Shown: positions 9,711 through 19,123 of the stretch, piece by piece
Numbering within the stretch: position 1 is the stretch's first letter
How the letters are laid out: the number at the start of each line of letters is the position of its first letter
Source of the DNA: Alphaproteobacteria bacterium
GTDB taxonomy: Bacteria; Pseudomonadota; Alphaproteobacteria; SP197
Assembly: GCA_965228895.1 (NCBI GenBank)
Contig: OZ245842.1
Coordinates: 3,168,001 to 3,232,000 of the forward strand
Reading direction: 5' to 3'
Length of the DNA: 64,000 nt
Program-made: the position numbers and the translations under genes
Notes under the pieces: generated by a model
Databases searched by the model: none
Seen by the model: only the letters and a program-made list of their open reading frames with translations
Told to the model about the DNA's origin: nothing

Positions 9711-10634
9711 CTAAGAGCCACAACTCTCTTGAGTGATGACGTGTTCAGCAACGCGATTGCGGTCAACATCTAGAAAGACCTCTCGAATCGTCGCTCCTTC
9801 ATTCAGCAACAACACAGCCGGTGGATAAGAGCAAACATAGACTTCGACCAGCGTTTGAAAGAGTACGTCTTGAATCAGCTCTTCAAGATCGGCGCCATAG
9901 GCGGCGGAATCGATGACGTAGGTGCGGGTCAGCAAATTGCCGCTGGCCTGCATATGAAGCAACGTTGTCTCCTCATCGACGTAAACAGGTTGTGGCGCTT
10001 GGCGCGCGATGATACGCAACACTCTCGACAGGCTATTTGTCCGCAGGAGCGACTCTAGCTCGGCAACGACTGCCGCCGGATCGTCCGACGGCAGGAGTAT
10101 CGGCTGCTCGTCAAGCCTGTCGCTGACAAAGACTGACAGCACCGCCGCTGCGATTAGCACGGCGCAGCCTGTTGCAATGCCGGGTCCACCCATCTGCGGC
10201 AGCGGTGTGTTCGAATGGCCTGACGAAATGCTGTTCGTTGACGGCTTAAAGAACAGAACAAGATTTAGAATCGGGAGGACGGCAAGGGCGGCGTAAGCCT
10301 CGTCAGCAACACAGTCGAGCGACCGTGCCTTTGCGATACGGTAACAACTCCACCCGATCAGAATCATCCAACCGGCGTTAGCGGCGACAAGCACCCACAG
10401 GTACCCGCCAGACCGTGCTTCCAGAACGAAAATCCAAATGGCTTGGCTTGCGGCAACAGCAAAGATCAACAGCGCTGTATATCCAAAGTACGGGCCACGA
10501 CGCATCACGCGAAGTCGATGCCTCACGAAAGCAGCGACGATCGCGCCGAATAGGAACAGGCCGTAACTGATCGCCCAACGTCCGGCGTCCGACATTGTGA
10601 CGAAGTCGTAGGCTATATCTTCTATGAATTGCAT
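9711..10634 (-). CDS. Hypothetical membrane protein (N-terminal region DUF805-like), lower GC
   Basis: 307-aa ORF with several TM helices, R..YF and ARSLD..LPILNL..FKP pattern; AT-richer codon use. Confidence 0.6.
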   Translation of the reverse strand: MQFIEDIAYDFVTMSDAGRWAISYGLFLFGAIVAAFVRHRLRVMRRGPYFGYTALLIFAVAASQAIWIFVLEARSGGYLWVLVAANAGWMILIGWSCYRIAKARSLDCVADEAYAALAVLPILNLVLFFKPSTNSISSGHSNTPLPQMGGPGIATGCAVLIAAAVLSVFVSDRLDEQPILLPSDDPAAVVAELESLLRTNSLSRVLRIIARQAPQPVYVDEETTLLHMQASGNLLTRTYVIDSAAYGADLEELIQDVLFQTLVEVYVCSYPPAVLLLNEGATIREVFLDVDRNRVAEHVITQESCGS

Positions 10635-10752
10635 TTCGTTATATGATCAACATCTAATAGTTGTGTCAACGCCAGTGCGACTTCATTGCTATGGCTGTCA
10701 TCATCGGTGCGCGTTGAGACGGGTGATGCGGACAGCAACCTCTAGGCAAGAA

Positions 10753-10808
10753 CACGTCCAGGAAACGCTGCAACGCCTCCCCGGCGCGGCGTTTGTGTCG
10801 CACTAGGG
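10753..10808 (+). repeat. Diverged direct repeat of the usp 3' end (9549-9604)
   Basis: 56 bp, about 9 mismatches by hand alignment; encodes HVQETLQRLPGAAFVSH* versus HAQELLQRFPGAVFVSH*. Confidence 0.85.
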
Positions 10809-10868
10809 AACCCGCCACACTTATCGCGCGCCGGCTCAAGGCCGGGATGCGACGATGTCTTGGATGCG

Positions 10869-11555
10869 CTAGCCGGTGCGCGTCAGCCGGGCCTTGACGG
10901 CGTCGCTGGTGAGTTCGCGGCCGGCGTCGCGGCCGATCCAGCGGGCGGTCTTGTCATCCATGGCGACGAGTTCCTCGGCGAGCGCTAGCGCCGCCGCATT
11001 AAGCGGCGGATTGCGCTTACCGATCTGGCGCAGGGCCCAATTGACGGCTTTCTTGACGAAGTTGCGTTCGTCGGTTGCCGCGCGGCGGATGAGCGGCAGG
11101 TAGGCGGCGAACGTCTTGTCGGGCGCCTTCTTGTCGTGCACGGCGAGTGTCGCGATGAGGGCGAAACCGGCGCGGCGCACAAAGGTCTCCTTGCGCCGGC
11201 ACCACGATTTTGCTTTCGCGTGAGCGAACGGGGTCTTGCGGAGCAGACCCATGCAGAGCTGATCGCAGACATCCCAGGAATCGACGTCGACGACCCAGCG
11301 CTCGGCCTGCTCCTCCGTCACCTGTTTGGGGTCGTCGACGAGGACGCCGAGGATGCGTGCTTCGTGGATGCCGCTTTGCCAGAGCGCCTCGGCCAAGTCA
11401 TGGTCACGGCCGAGCTCCCTAGCGATCTTGCGTAGATCGGCGACCGAGATGCCGAGCGTGCCGTCGGGGTTGATGCCGAAGCGCGCCATGCCGGCGACGT
11501 TCTCGGCATTCCTCATCGCCTTCAGGCGATCAAGGACGGCCCCAACATCGCTCAC
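10869..11555 (-). CDS. DNA alkylation repair protein (AlkD-like)
   Basis: GMARFGI, DSWDVCD, DERNFVKKAVNWALRQIGKR. Confidence 0.9.
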   Translation of the reverse strand: MSDVGAVLDRLKAMRNAENVAGMARFGINPDGTLGISVADLRKIARELGRDHDLAEALWQSGIHEARILGVLVDDPKQVTEEQAERWVVDVDSWDVCDQLCMGLLRKTPFAHAKAKSWCRRKETFVRRAGFALIATLAVHDKKAPDKTFAAYLPLIRRAATDERNFVKKAVNWALRQIGKRNPPLNAAALALAEELVAMDDKTARWIGRDAGRELTSDAVKARLTRTG

Positions 11556-11567
11556 GACGAAGGCTGG

Positions 11568-12464
11568 TCAGTCGCGCCAGATCGGGTTGGACCAGGCGCG
11601 CTTGCCGGTCTTGTCGGCGACCGTGACGCGGAACCAGCTGTCCTTGAGACGCTTCAGCGGCAAGACCGCCTGCTGCATGTCGTCGCCCATCACCATGGCC
11701 GACTTCGAGCCGCGGCCCTGCAGCGAGACGGTCGCCGCCGGCGAGCAGCGCACGGTGACCGCGCCGTTATCGACGTCGATGCCGTGGATCTCCGGCCCCT
11801 GGCTTGAATAGTAGCGCCCGGCCTTCAGGGATTCCGTCAGCGCGTCGGGGTCGAGTTCCTCGGCATGCACCATGACCCAGCCGCCCAGCCAATCGTGGGT
11901 CAGCATGTGGGCGTCGTCGGTCGCATAACCGCTGAGCCGCCAGCCCTCGTTCAAGAGCTGATCGAGAAACGGCCAATCGTTGCCGCGGTCGACCTCGACG
12001 GCACTGCCGTGGTTATAGATCTCGATCGCGTGGGCGTTCGGGATCTTGCGCGCGTCGTTGTGGGTCAGCCCGTACCAGGAGGGATGGACAATGCCGACGA
12101 AGGCGCCGGCCTGATAGGCGCGCTCGGCCAGCTCCGGGCCGGTCTCGTCCGGCTTGTTCGGCTCGAAATCAAGCGGCAGGCCGATGCCGTGGACATGCCA
12201 GATTTCGTCGACCTCGGTGCGCGGGGCGTGCAGCTCCGCCGCAATGATCGTCGTGAAGTCCTTGGTGCGGCAATCGCGGGTATCGGAGACCGGATAGTCG
12301 TAGCACTCCATAAAGTGGTCGGAGAGCGCCAGGAAGTCATAGCCGGCATCGCGGTACGCCGCGCACACCCGTTCCGGCGCGTGATCACCGTCGGAATTGG
12401 TCGAATGGGTGTGAAGATTGCCCTTGTAGAACCGGCCCGGCCGGTCGAATGGCAGATTGAGCAT
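11568..12464 (-). CDS. PHP-domain (CehA/McbA-like) metallohydrolase
   Basis: KGNLHTHSTNSDG, GYDFLALSDH, ATDDAH, AWSNPIW; start moved to MLNLPF. Confidence 0.85.
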   Translation of the reverse strand: MLNLPFDRPGRFYKGNLHTHSTNSDGDHAPERVCAAYRDAGYDFLALSDHFMECYDYPVSDTRDCRTKDFTTIIAAELHAPRTEVDEIWHVHGIGLPLDFEPNKPDETGPELAERAYQAGAFVGIVHPSWYGLTHNDARKIPNAHAIEIYNHGSAVEVDRGNDWPFLDQLLNEGWRLSGYATDDAHMLTHDWLGGWVMVHAEELDPDALTESLKAGRYYSSQGPEIHGIDVDNGAVTVRCSPAATVSLQGRGSKSAMVMGDDMQQAVLPLKRLKDSWFRVTVADKTGKRAWSNPIWRD

Positions 12465-12648
12465 GGTCGGCAGAATCCCCGCTGAAGCCGATGGTCGCCG
12501 CTGCGATATGGCAGCATGTTGTGACAATTCCAACCATGGCAACACAAAATATTGGCAATCGCGGGGCAGATGGCCGGCGGCAACACGCGATCTGTCCGAC
12601 TGGACGCGGGTCGGCTAGACTTCCGGCAAGAAAACGAGGGGAGGATCA

Positions 12649-12972
12649 ATGCCGCATTTCTCGATTTTGTCTGCCGCCTTTTTGACCATCATCGCCATCA
12701 TCGCCATCGGCCAACCGGTCATGGCCGACGATCCCGTCGCCGGCGAGGTGCTGTCAGAAGTCTGGTGTTCGTCGTGCCACGCCATCCGTCCCGACGAGGC
12801 GACCAGCGACGCGGCGCCGTCGTTCGACACCATCGTCAACGTCTACGAACGAAGCCCCGATTTTCTATGGGGATGGCTGGCGAACCCGCACGGCGCCATG
12901 CCCAACCCCAACCTCTCCCGCGGCGAGATCGACGACATCGTCAGCTACATGGAAACCTTGCGCGAGTCCTGA
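12649..12972 (+). CDS. Periplasmic monoheme c-type cytochrome
   Basis: Signal peptide, CSSCH, HGAMP distal Met. Confidence 0.9.
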   Translation: MPHFSILSAAFLTIIAIIAIGQPVMADDPVAGEVLSEVWCSSCHAIRPDEATSDAAPSFDTIVNVYERSPDFLWGWLANPHGAMPNPNLSRGEIDDIVSYMETLRES

Positions 12973-13535
12973 ACGCAGGCGCACCGGTCCATGAGCCATC
13001 GCAATGACATCCCCGCGACACTGCACCAGCACGGCAACCGCTTCGTCGACAACGATGCCGTCGCCATGGGCGCGATGATCCTTTAAGCCGGTGACCGCAT
13101 CGGCCCGATGATGGCGCTCAGCGACATCAATCCCGACGCCTTCGCGCGCGGCCAAACGCAAGCCGCTCGTGCGATCAGCGCGGCGTTTCGGGCAGGCCTC
13201 GCGACGCCGTGGATGGGCCGGTTCTACCTCGACCGCCAGCGGCTTTGACCCGCCATTTGAGTCCGAAATGGCAGATGGCGGCCGGCCCGTGACCTGCTCA
13301 AAGGTGGCATGTCACACATACTCCCTCTTGATTATCGACAAGCGGGCCCTGGCGGAGAACCATAAGGGCAAGATTTCGGCCGGCTGCCGGCGGGTTTCAC
13401 AACCGTCTCGCGCCGCGTCATACGGACCGAAACAGAGCGCGTAAACGTGAACAAGAATTGCAACTGGGCACGGTGGCAACACCATCTCGTGCACCCAAAT
13501 GCATGCGATACAGGCTTGGATTGCGGAGGAAAAAC

Positions 13536-14462
13536 ATGGCGTTAAGCCGGCGAGATCTACTCGCATCGGCTGGCGGAGCAACGTTGGGGACGGCGCTGCA
13601 TGGGCGTTTGGCATGGGCCGGCGGTGACGGCCCCCTGACGCGCGTTATCCCTAGCTCTGGCCAGGAACTGCCGGTTATCGGCATGGGTAGCTGGATCACC
13701 TTCAATGTCGGGGAAGACGAGGCCTTGCGCGACGATCGCACCCAGGTGCTGCAGCGCTTCTTCGACCTGGGCGGTGCGATGGTCGACTCATCGCCCATGT
13801 ACGGCACCGCGCAGGAAGTGATCGGCTATTGTCTGGATCGCACCGAAAACAACGAAAACCTGTTCTCCGCCACCAAGGTCTGGACGCTGCTGCAATCCGA
13901 CGGGCCGGCCCAATTGGCCGAAGCGCGCAAGCTTTGGGGTGTCCAGAACTTCGATTTGGTCCAGATCCACAACCTCGTCAACTGGGAGGGCCACATGGAG
14001 ACCCTGCTGGAGGACCGGGCCAAAGGCGACCTCACGTATATCGGTATCACCACATCGCATGGGCGCCGCCACGAGGAGTTCGAGGAGATCGTCGAGAGCC
14101 AGCCGATCGACTTCATCCAACTGACCTACAACATCATGAACCGGCAGGCCGAGCAGCGGCTGTTGCCGATGGCCGCCGAGCATGGCGTGGCCGTGGTCGC
14201 CAACCGTCCGTTCCAGGGCGGCGCGTTGTTCGACATGTTCGGCGATCATCCGCTGCCCGAGTGGGCGGGCGAGTTCGGCGCAGAGAACTGGTCGCAGTTC
14301 TTCTTGAAGTTCATCGTTTCGCACCCCGCGATCACCTGCGCCATCCCCGCGACCTCGCAGCTGGACCATATGGACGAAAACATGGGCGCGCTTTATGGCG
14401 TTCTGCCGGACGCGGCAACGCGCCAGCGGATGATCGACTATGTGGAGAGCCTCTCGATCTAG
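13536..14462 (+). CDS. Aldo/keto reductase with Tat signal peptide
   Basis: SRRDLL Tat motif; IGMGSW, DSSPMYG, ATKVW, QIHNL, IPATS. Confidence 0.88.
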   Translation: MALSRRDLLASAGGATLGTALHGRLAWAGGDGPLTRVIPSSGQELPVIGMGSWITFNVGEDEALRDDRTQVLQRFFDLGGAMVDSSPMYGTAQEVIGYCLDRTENNENLFSATKVWTLLQSDGPAQLAEARKLWGVQNFDLVQIHNLVNWEGHMETLLEDRAKGDLTYIGITTSHGRRHEEFEEIVESQPIDFIQLTYNIMNRQAEQRLLPMAAEHGVAVVANRPFQGGALFDMFGDHPLPEWAGEFGAENWSQFFLKFIVSHPAITCAIPATSQLDHMDENMGALYGVLPDAATRQRMIDYVESLSI

Positions 14463-14603
14463 AGCGGATCGTGAACAGGTGGAACCGTGGAGCGGCTTCA
14501 CCTGTTCACGTGAATCCGCTCTCTATCTATGAGTAGAGCAGATTCGCCCGTCTTGACGGCATCGCAGAGCGATACCATCAAACGGGATCTGCTCTAGCGT
14601 CCT

Positions 14604-15245
14604 ATGCTGCCGTTCGACGCCGACGTCCTGACCTCGCTGTACGAGCAGGTCAACCGGGCGGTATGGCCGGCGCAGCTTGCCGTCTTTGTTCTGGCTGCCG
14701 TCTTGGTGGCCCTACCCTTCAAGCCGTTTGCGCTGGCTGGCCGATTGGCCGGTCTTGTTCTGGCCGGCGGATGGCTCGTCTGCGGCGCCGTCTTCCAGCT
14801 CGGCTACTTCGCACCGCTTAACTTCGCGGCACCGGTCTATGGCTGGTGTTTCATCGCCCAGGCCCTGTTGTTGCTGTGGACTCTGGTCTTGCGCAACAAG
14901 GTCCGGTTCGTTTGGGACGGCGGTTTCTACAGCTGGGCAGGTCTGGTCCTGGCGGTGGTGGCGCTGCTTCTGGCACCCTTGGGCAGCGTGCTGTTCGGCG
15001 CCGGGTGGGCAGCGGCCGAGCTACCGGGCCTGATGCCCGATCCGACCGCCCTTTTCACCCTCTCGCTTCTCCTGCTGGCACGCGCTCGCGCGCCGTGGCA
15101 CCTGATCGTGCTGCCGTTCCTTTGGTGTCTGGTCGCCGGCGCCACCGGATGGATCCTGGACGCCCCCTCCCTGATGATTCTGCCAGCCGCCGGCGTTCTG
15201 GCCACGCTGCTCCTGATCGCCAAGAACCGGCGGGTTGTCGCCTGA
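14604..15245 (+). CDS. DUF6064-like membrane protein
   Basis: MLPF...YEQVNRAVWPAQ, INF/LNFAA..YG, GLMPDPT; multiple TM helices. Confidence 0.7.
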   Translation: MLPFDADVLTSLYEQVNRAVWPAQLAVFVLAAVLVALPFKPFALAGRLAGLVLAGGWLVCGAVFQLGYFAPLNFAAPVYGWCFIAQALLLLWTLVLRNKVRFVWDGGFYSWAGLVLAVVALLLAPLGSVLFGAGWAAAELPGLMPDPTALFTLSLLLLARARAPWHLIVLPFLWCLVAGATGWILDAPSLMILPAAGVLATLLLIAKNRRVVA

Positions 15246-16697
15246 TCAGCCGTTGGCGATGTGGACCGGCGGGCGGCGATTGCGCCACGGCGCTGCTACT
15301 TCCAGCGCGCCAGCCAATCGCAGGAGAACATCTTCGGCGCCGAAGCGCGCGACAAAATGCACGCCGACCGGAAGACCGTCCGCCGTCCAGTGGAGCGGCA
15401 GGCTGATCGCCGGTTGGCCCGTCAGGTTGATCAGCGGCGTATAGCAAAAATAGCTGTAAAGGCGATCCATGATCGCCTGGGTGTCCTCGCCCGCGTGATT
15501 CAGGTCGACCGTGCCCAAGGGCGCCGGCGGGCGCGCGATGGTCGGCGTCATCAGAAGATCGTAGGTGTCAAAAAATCCCGCCATCTGTCGGGTGATCGTG
15601 TTGACCTGGTCGAAGGCCAGAATGAGATCGGTGGCGGTCATGCCGAGGCCGCGCTCGTACATCGCGAGCACGTTGGGCTCGACCGTCGTGTCGTCGATCG
15701 CCCGCCCGGTTTCCGCCGCCACCGCGCCCAGCATGGCTGGTTTGGCCGAGCACCAGAGATCGGTGAAGGTCTGGAAGTAGCTCTCGAAGCTGATCGCCGG
15801 GCTCGCCTCTTCGACCTTGTTGCCCATGCTTTCAAGCAGCGCCGCTGTCTTGTGCACCGCCTCGACCACCTGGGGATCGGGCGCGTAGGGCCCCCACGCT
15901 TCCGTCGACATGCCGATCCTGAGCGTCCTTGTCGGCGCACCGACTTCTTGGACATAGGGGCGGTAAGGCGGTGCGATCTCGAACGCCTCGCCCGGCGCCG
16001 GTCCGTGCAGTGCGTCGAGCAGGGCCGCCGTATCGCGGACGCTGCGCGTCATGCCGAGTTCGATGGCGAGTGGCGAGACCAGCGTCGAACCGCCGGGCGC
16101 CTTGGTCACACGCCCGCGCGACGGCTTGAGCCCGACCAGGCCGCAGGCGCTGGCCGGGATGCGCAGGGAGCCGCCGCCATCGCCGCCGCTGGCCATCGGC
16201 ACGACGCCGGCCGCGATGATGGCCGAGGAGCCGCCGCTGGAACCGCCCGAACTGTGGCCAGTGTTCCACGGGCTGCACGTCGCCCCGGTCAGGATGGATT
16301 CGGTTGTGCCGGTGGCGCCAAACTCCGGCGTCGTGGTGCGCCCCATCGGCACCAGTCCGGCGGCGCGAACGCGGCGCATGGTTTCCGTATCCTCGCGCGC
16401 GACAAAACCGGCGGCGAGCCGGCTGCCGGATTCACGGTTGCGACCGGCCTCCGCGCAGCCGAGATCCTTGATGAAATAGGGCACGCCGCGAAACGGTCCG
16501 TCGGGCAGCGCGTCGGCCTCGATGCCGTCGCGCCGGTCCTCGAAGATCTCGATGACGGCGTTGAGCTCAGGATTGACCGCCTCGGCACCGGCGACCGCGA
16601 GCCGCTGCAGTTCACCCGCCGTGACCTCGCCATCACACACCAGCCGCGCCAGATCGGTCGCGTCAAACGACGCGTACTCCTCAAGGTTCACAACCAC
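15246..16697 (-). CDS. Amidase (amidase signature family)
   Basis: IKDL, GGSSGGS, DGGGSLRIPASACG. Confidence 0.93.
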   Translation of the reverse strand: MVVNLEEYASFDATDLARLVCDGEVTAGELQRLAVAGAEAVNPELNAVIEIFEDRRDGIEADALPDGPFRGVPYFIKDLGCAEAGRNRESGSRLAAGFVAREDTETMRRVRAAGLVPMGRTTTPEFGATGTTESILTGATCSPWNTGHSSGGSSGGSSAIIAAGVVPMASGGDGGGSLRIPASACGLVGLKPSRGRVTKAPGGSTLVSPLAIELGMTRSVRDTAALLDALHGPAPGEAFEIAPPYRPYVQEVGAPTRTLRIGMSTEAWGPYAPDPQVVEAVHKTAALLESMGNKVEEASPAISFESYFQTFTDLWCSAKPAMLGAVAAETGRAIDDTTVEPNVLAMYERGLGMTATDLILAFDQVNTITRQMAGFFDTYDLLMTPTIARPPAPLGTVDLNHAGEDTQAIMDRLYSYFCYTPLINLTGQPAISLPLHWTADGLPVGVHFVARFGAEDVLLRLAGALEVAAPWRNRRPPVHIANG

Positions 16698-16750
16698 ACT
16701 CCCCGTTGCTCGCGGTCAGGCTAGCACGGGTCAGGATTCGCGGAAGCCGC

Positions 16751-17428
16751 TTATACGTGCCAATGCGGCGGATAGGCGTCGTCGTAGCCCGGCAGTTCGG
16801 CTGTGCGTGTGCGCCATGCATCGATGTTGGGGTAACGCTCCGCCAAGGTGTCGAAGCCGAGATCGAGGTGGCGCAGGGTGTCGCGCGCGGCGATGCGCAG
16901 AAAGAACTCGAGATAGGTATGGGCGACGATATCGGCGGCGCTAACGATTTCGCCGGCGAGCCAGGGGCGATTGCCGAGCACGGTTTCGAAACGGGTGAAC
17001 TCCGCGTGCAGATCACCGGCGGCGGCGCGCATGTCGTCGGCATGATCGTCGACCGTGCATGCGAAGGCCGGGTTGATGATGCGGTTGGCGTTGGGTTCGA
17101 TGTGATAGACGGTGGCGAAGATCCAACGCCAGATCTCGCCGGTCGCCGTCGGATCGGCGCCGAACAGCGGCGGGTCTGGGAAGCGGGCGTCGAGATAGGT
17201 CATGATCGCGATGGATTCGGTGAGCGTGACGTCGCCGTCGCGCAGCACCGGCACCTCGCCGCGATCGTTGAGCGCCAGATAGGCCGGCGCCTTGTGCTCC
17301 TTTTGGGAGAACTGAAGCTGGTGCGAGGTGAACGGGATATCCTTCAGCGCGGCGGTCAAAAGGACGCGCCAGGCAAAGGGGCTGCCGCTGCCCCAGTAGA
17401 TCTCGATGCCGGGCGCGCCCGGTGTCAT
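16751..17428 (-). CDS. Glutathione S-transferase family protein
   Basis: YWGSGSPFAWRV, NDRGEVPVL, ESIAI. Confidence 0.9.
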   Translation of the reverse strand: MTPGAPGIEIYWGSGSPFAWRVLLTAALKDIPFTSHQLQFSQKEHKAPAYLALNDRGEVPVLRDGDVTLTESIAIMTYLDARFPDPPLFGADPTATGEIWRWIFATVYHIEPNANRIINPAFACTVDDHADDMRAAAGDLHAEFTRFETVLGNRPWLAGEIVSAADIVAHTYLEFFLRIAARDTLRHLDLGFDTLAERYPNIDAWRTRTAELPGYDDAYPPHWHV

Positions 17429-17452
17429 GACATCACCCTGCTGCTGACCGGC

Positions 17453-17869
17453 TCAGGCGAGGATCGGATGATCGGGTTCGACCGGAACGGTCTTCCAGTG
17501 TTCGCTCTCGCCGTGGGTGACATAGGTCTCCCATACCAGCCCAGCCGGATCGACGATGCTGGTCTTGTCGGAAATGGCATAGCAGCAGTGAACGCAGCCT
17601 TCCACGTCGGCCGAGTCCTCATTGTCCTGCAGGCGTCGGTCGAGCGCCGCGAACGCGTCCTTGGTATCGGCCTGAATGCCGACGTGATCGAGACCGGTGC
17701 GGTCGGGGCTGGTGTTGAGGCTGACCGCGAAGTTGATGCGCGGGTCGTCCAGCAGCCACTTGGCGTAGCCGTCCTTGACGGCGGTCGGCGGCGCATCGAA
17801 CAGATTGCCGTAGAAACGGATAGCTTCGTCCATGTCGGGAACCGAGACATGCATGTGAAGTCGGTACAT
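17453..17869 (-). CDS. arsI: ArsI/CadI family VOC metalloenzyme (C-As lyase-like)
   Basis: RLHMHVSV, YAKWLLDDPRINFA, LDHVGIQ, CCYA vicinal Cys pair, DPAG..WE. Confidence 0.8.
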   Translation of the reverse strand: MYRLHMHVSVPDMDEAIRFYGNLFDAPPTAVKDGYAKWLLDDPRINFAVSLNTSPDRTGLDHVGIQADTKDAFAALDRRLQDNEDSADVEGCVHCCYAISDKTSIVDPAGLVWETYVTHGESEHWKTVPVEPDHPILA

Positions 17870-17883
17870 GGGTGTTGCTCCTC

Positions 17884-18237
17884 TCAGCGGACGCGAGCGG
17901 ACTCGCGGCGCTTGGCTGATTTGCGGCGCGGTGCGGTGCGCAGCGGGCCTTCGTGAACCCGGCAGCAGTCTTCGGTCAGGAAGCGCAGCAGTCTGTCGGT
18001 CCCGTCGTGGTTGATCGCGTACATGATCTGGCGCTGCTCGCGCCACGACCGCAGCAGATTGGCGCGTTCGAGCTGGGCCAAATGACGCGACATGGTTGAC
18101 GGATTGGCACCGAGCTTCGCGGCAATCTCGCCGGACGGCAGGCCGTGGGGTTCGTGTTCGACCAACAGGCGATAGGCCGCAAGGCGGGTCTCCTGCCCCA
18201 GGGCCAGCAAGGCGTCGATGACGTTTTCTGATTTCAT
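17884..18237 (-). CDS. arsR: ArsR family arsenic-responsive repressor (C-terminal CC type)
   Basis: ALGQETRLAAYRLL, STMSRHL, FLTEDCC; directly upstream of arsI. Confidence 0.82.
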   Translation of the reverse strand: MKSENVIDALLALGQETRLAAYRLLVEHEPHGLPSGEIAAKLGANPSTMSRHLAQLERANLLRSWREQRQIMYAINHDGTDRLLRFLTEDCCRVHEGPLRTAPRRKSAKRRESARVR

Positions 18238-18239
18238 AT

Positions 18240-18272
18240 TTGCACTATCGTGCAATTATACAGTTGCGTCAA
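18240..18272 (-). promoter_or_regulatory. Probable ArsR operator and promoter
   Basis: Palindrome TTGCAC-TATC-GTGCAA at 18240-18255, 2 nt from the arsR ATG; minus-strand TTGACG at 18272-18267. Confidence 0.6.
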
Positions 18273-18348
18273 ACACAATGTCTTTTCGCGACCTCACCAC
18301 ATGGTCAGGCAACGACGTCAACGGATCAGCCGTCAGATCTGTCTGCTG

Positions 18349-18708
18349 TCAGTTCGGGAACACGTTGATAAAGAGGAGCGGCTCGCCATCGAAACGTTTG
18401 TCGTCGTACTGACGCAGAACCAGAGCGAACCGGCCGGGGCGCGACGCATCGACGATCATTTCTGCGGGTTCTAACGGTCCGACCTGCAGGCCTATATCGA
18501 AGTTCTCCAGCAAAATGACGGCACTGCGATCCGTCCTCACCCGGATCACGATCATACTGCCGACGGTCGTGTCATAGCCTACCTGCCCGCCTTCGGCCCG
18601 GCCCTGCTCGATCGTCAGGTCGATCTGGAAATTGTCAGCCCAGGCCCCGTGTGCATGCGCCACAAACACGGCAACGCTGGCCAGGATGAGAACAGTGAAA
18701 CGCAACAT
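18349..18708 (-). CDS. Secreted hypothetical protein, cupredoxin-like pattern
   Basis: Signal peptide; beta-strand pattern ending in RPGRF. Confidence 0.55.
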   Translation of the reverse strand: MLRFTVLILASVAVFVAHAHGAWADNFQIDLTIEQGRAEGGQVGYDTTVGSMIVIRVRTDRSAVILLENFDIGLQVGPLEPAEMIVDASRPGRFALVLRQYDDKRFDGEPLLFINVFPN

Positions 18709-18979
18709 CGGCAAACCACCTCGCATCTACGACAACCACGGACAACGCAGTTCAACCGACGCGACAGGTCCGGCCTTACATGCGCTCAACGCCTGCTGTT
18801 CTAGCGCGGTTGGCGCCGGACGGCCATACGCCAGTGGTTGACGAACCCAGCGGTCGGAACAACGGGCCAACGCGGCGCGGGAGATAACTGCGAAGGCCGC
18901 TGCCAGCAAGCAGCAACCGGCCCGAACGCGCCTTTCGCGGCATCGGTCCAAGACTTCACCATCAAAGCGAAACGAGGTC

Positions 18980-19120
18980 CTATGCGGCCGGCCGCTTCTT
19001 CTTGGTTGCCATGAAGACGCCGAAACCCGCGACAACCATGCCAACCCACGCGAGCGGCGGCATGATCTCGTCCAGCACGGTCCAGGCAAAGGCCGCCGCC
19101 ATGAGGGGCTGCCCAGGTGG
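18980..19120 (-). pseudogene. C-terminal remnant of a DMT/EamA transporter
   Basis: Translates to QPLMAAAFAWTVLDEIMPPLAWVGMVVAGFGVFMATKKKRPAA*, typical last two EamA helices, with no N-terminal part. Confidence 0.55.
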
Positions 19121-19123
19121 TCG

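Noticed and set aside
12973-13535. Possible gene or pseudogene between the cytochrome c and the AKR
   Set aside because: Open frames lack credible starts or recognisable motifs
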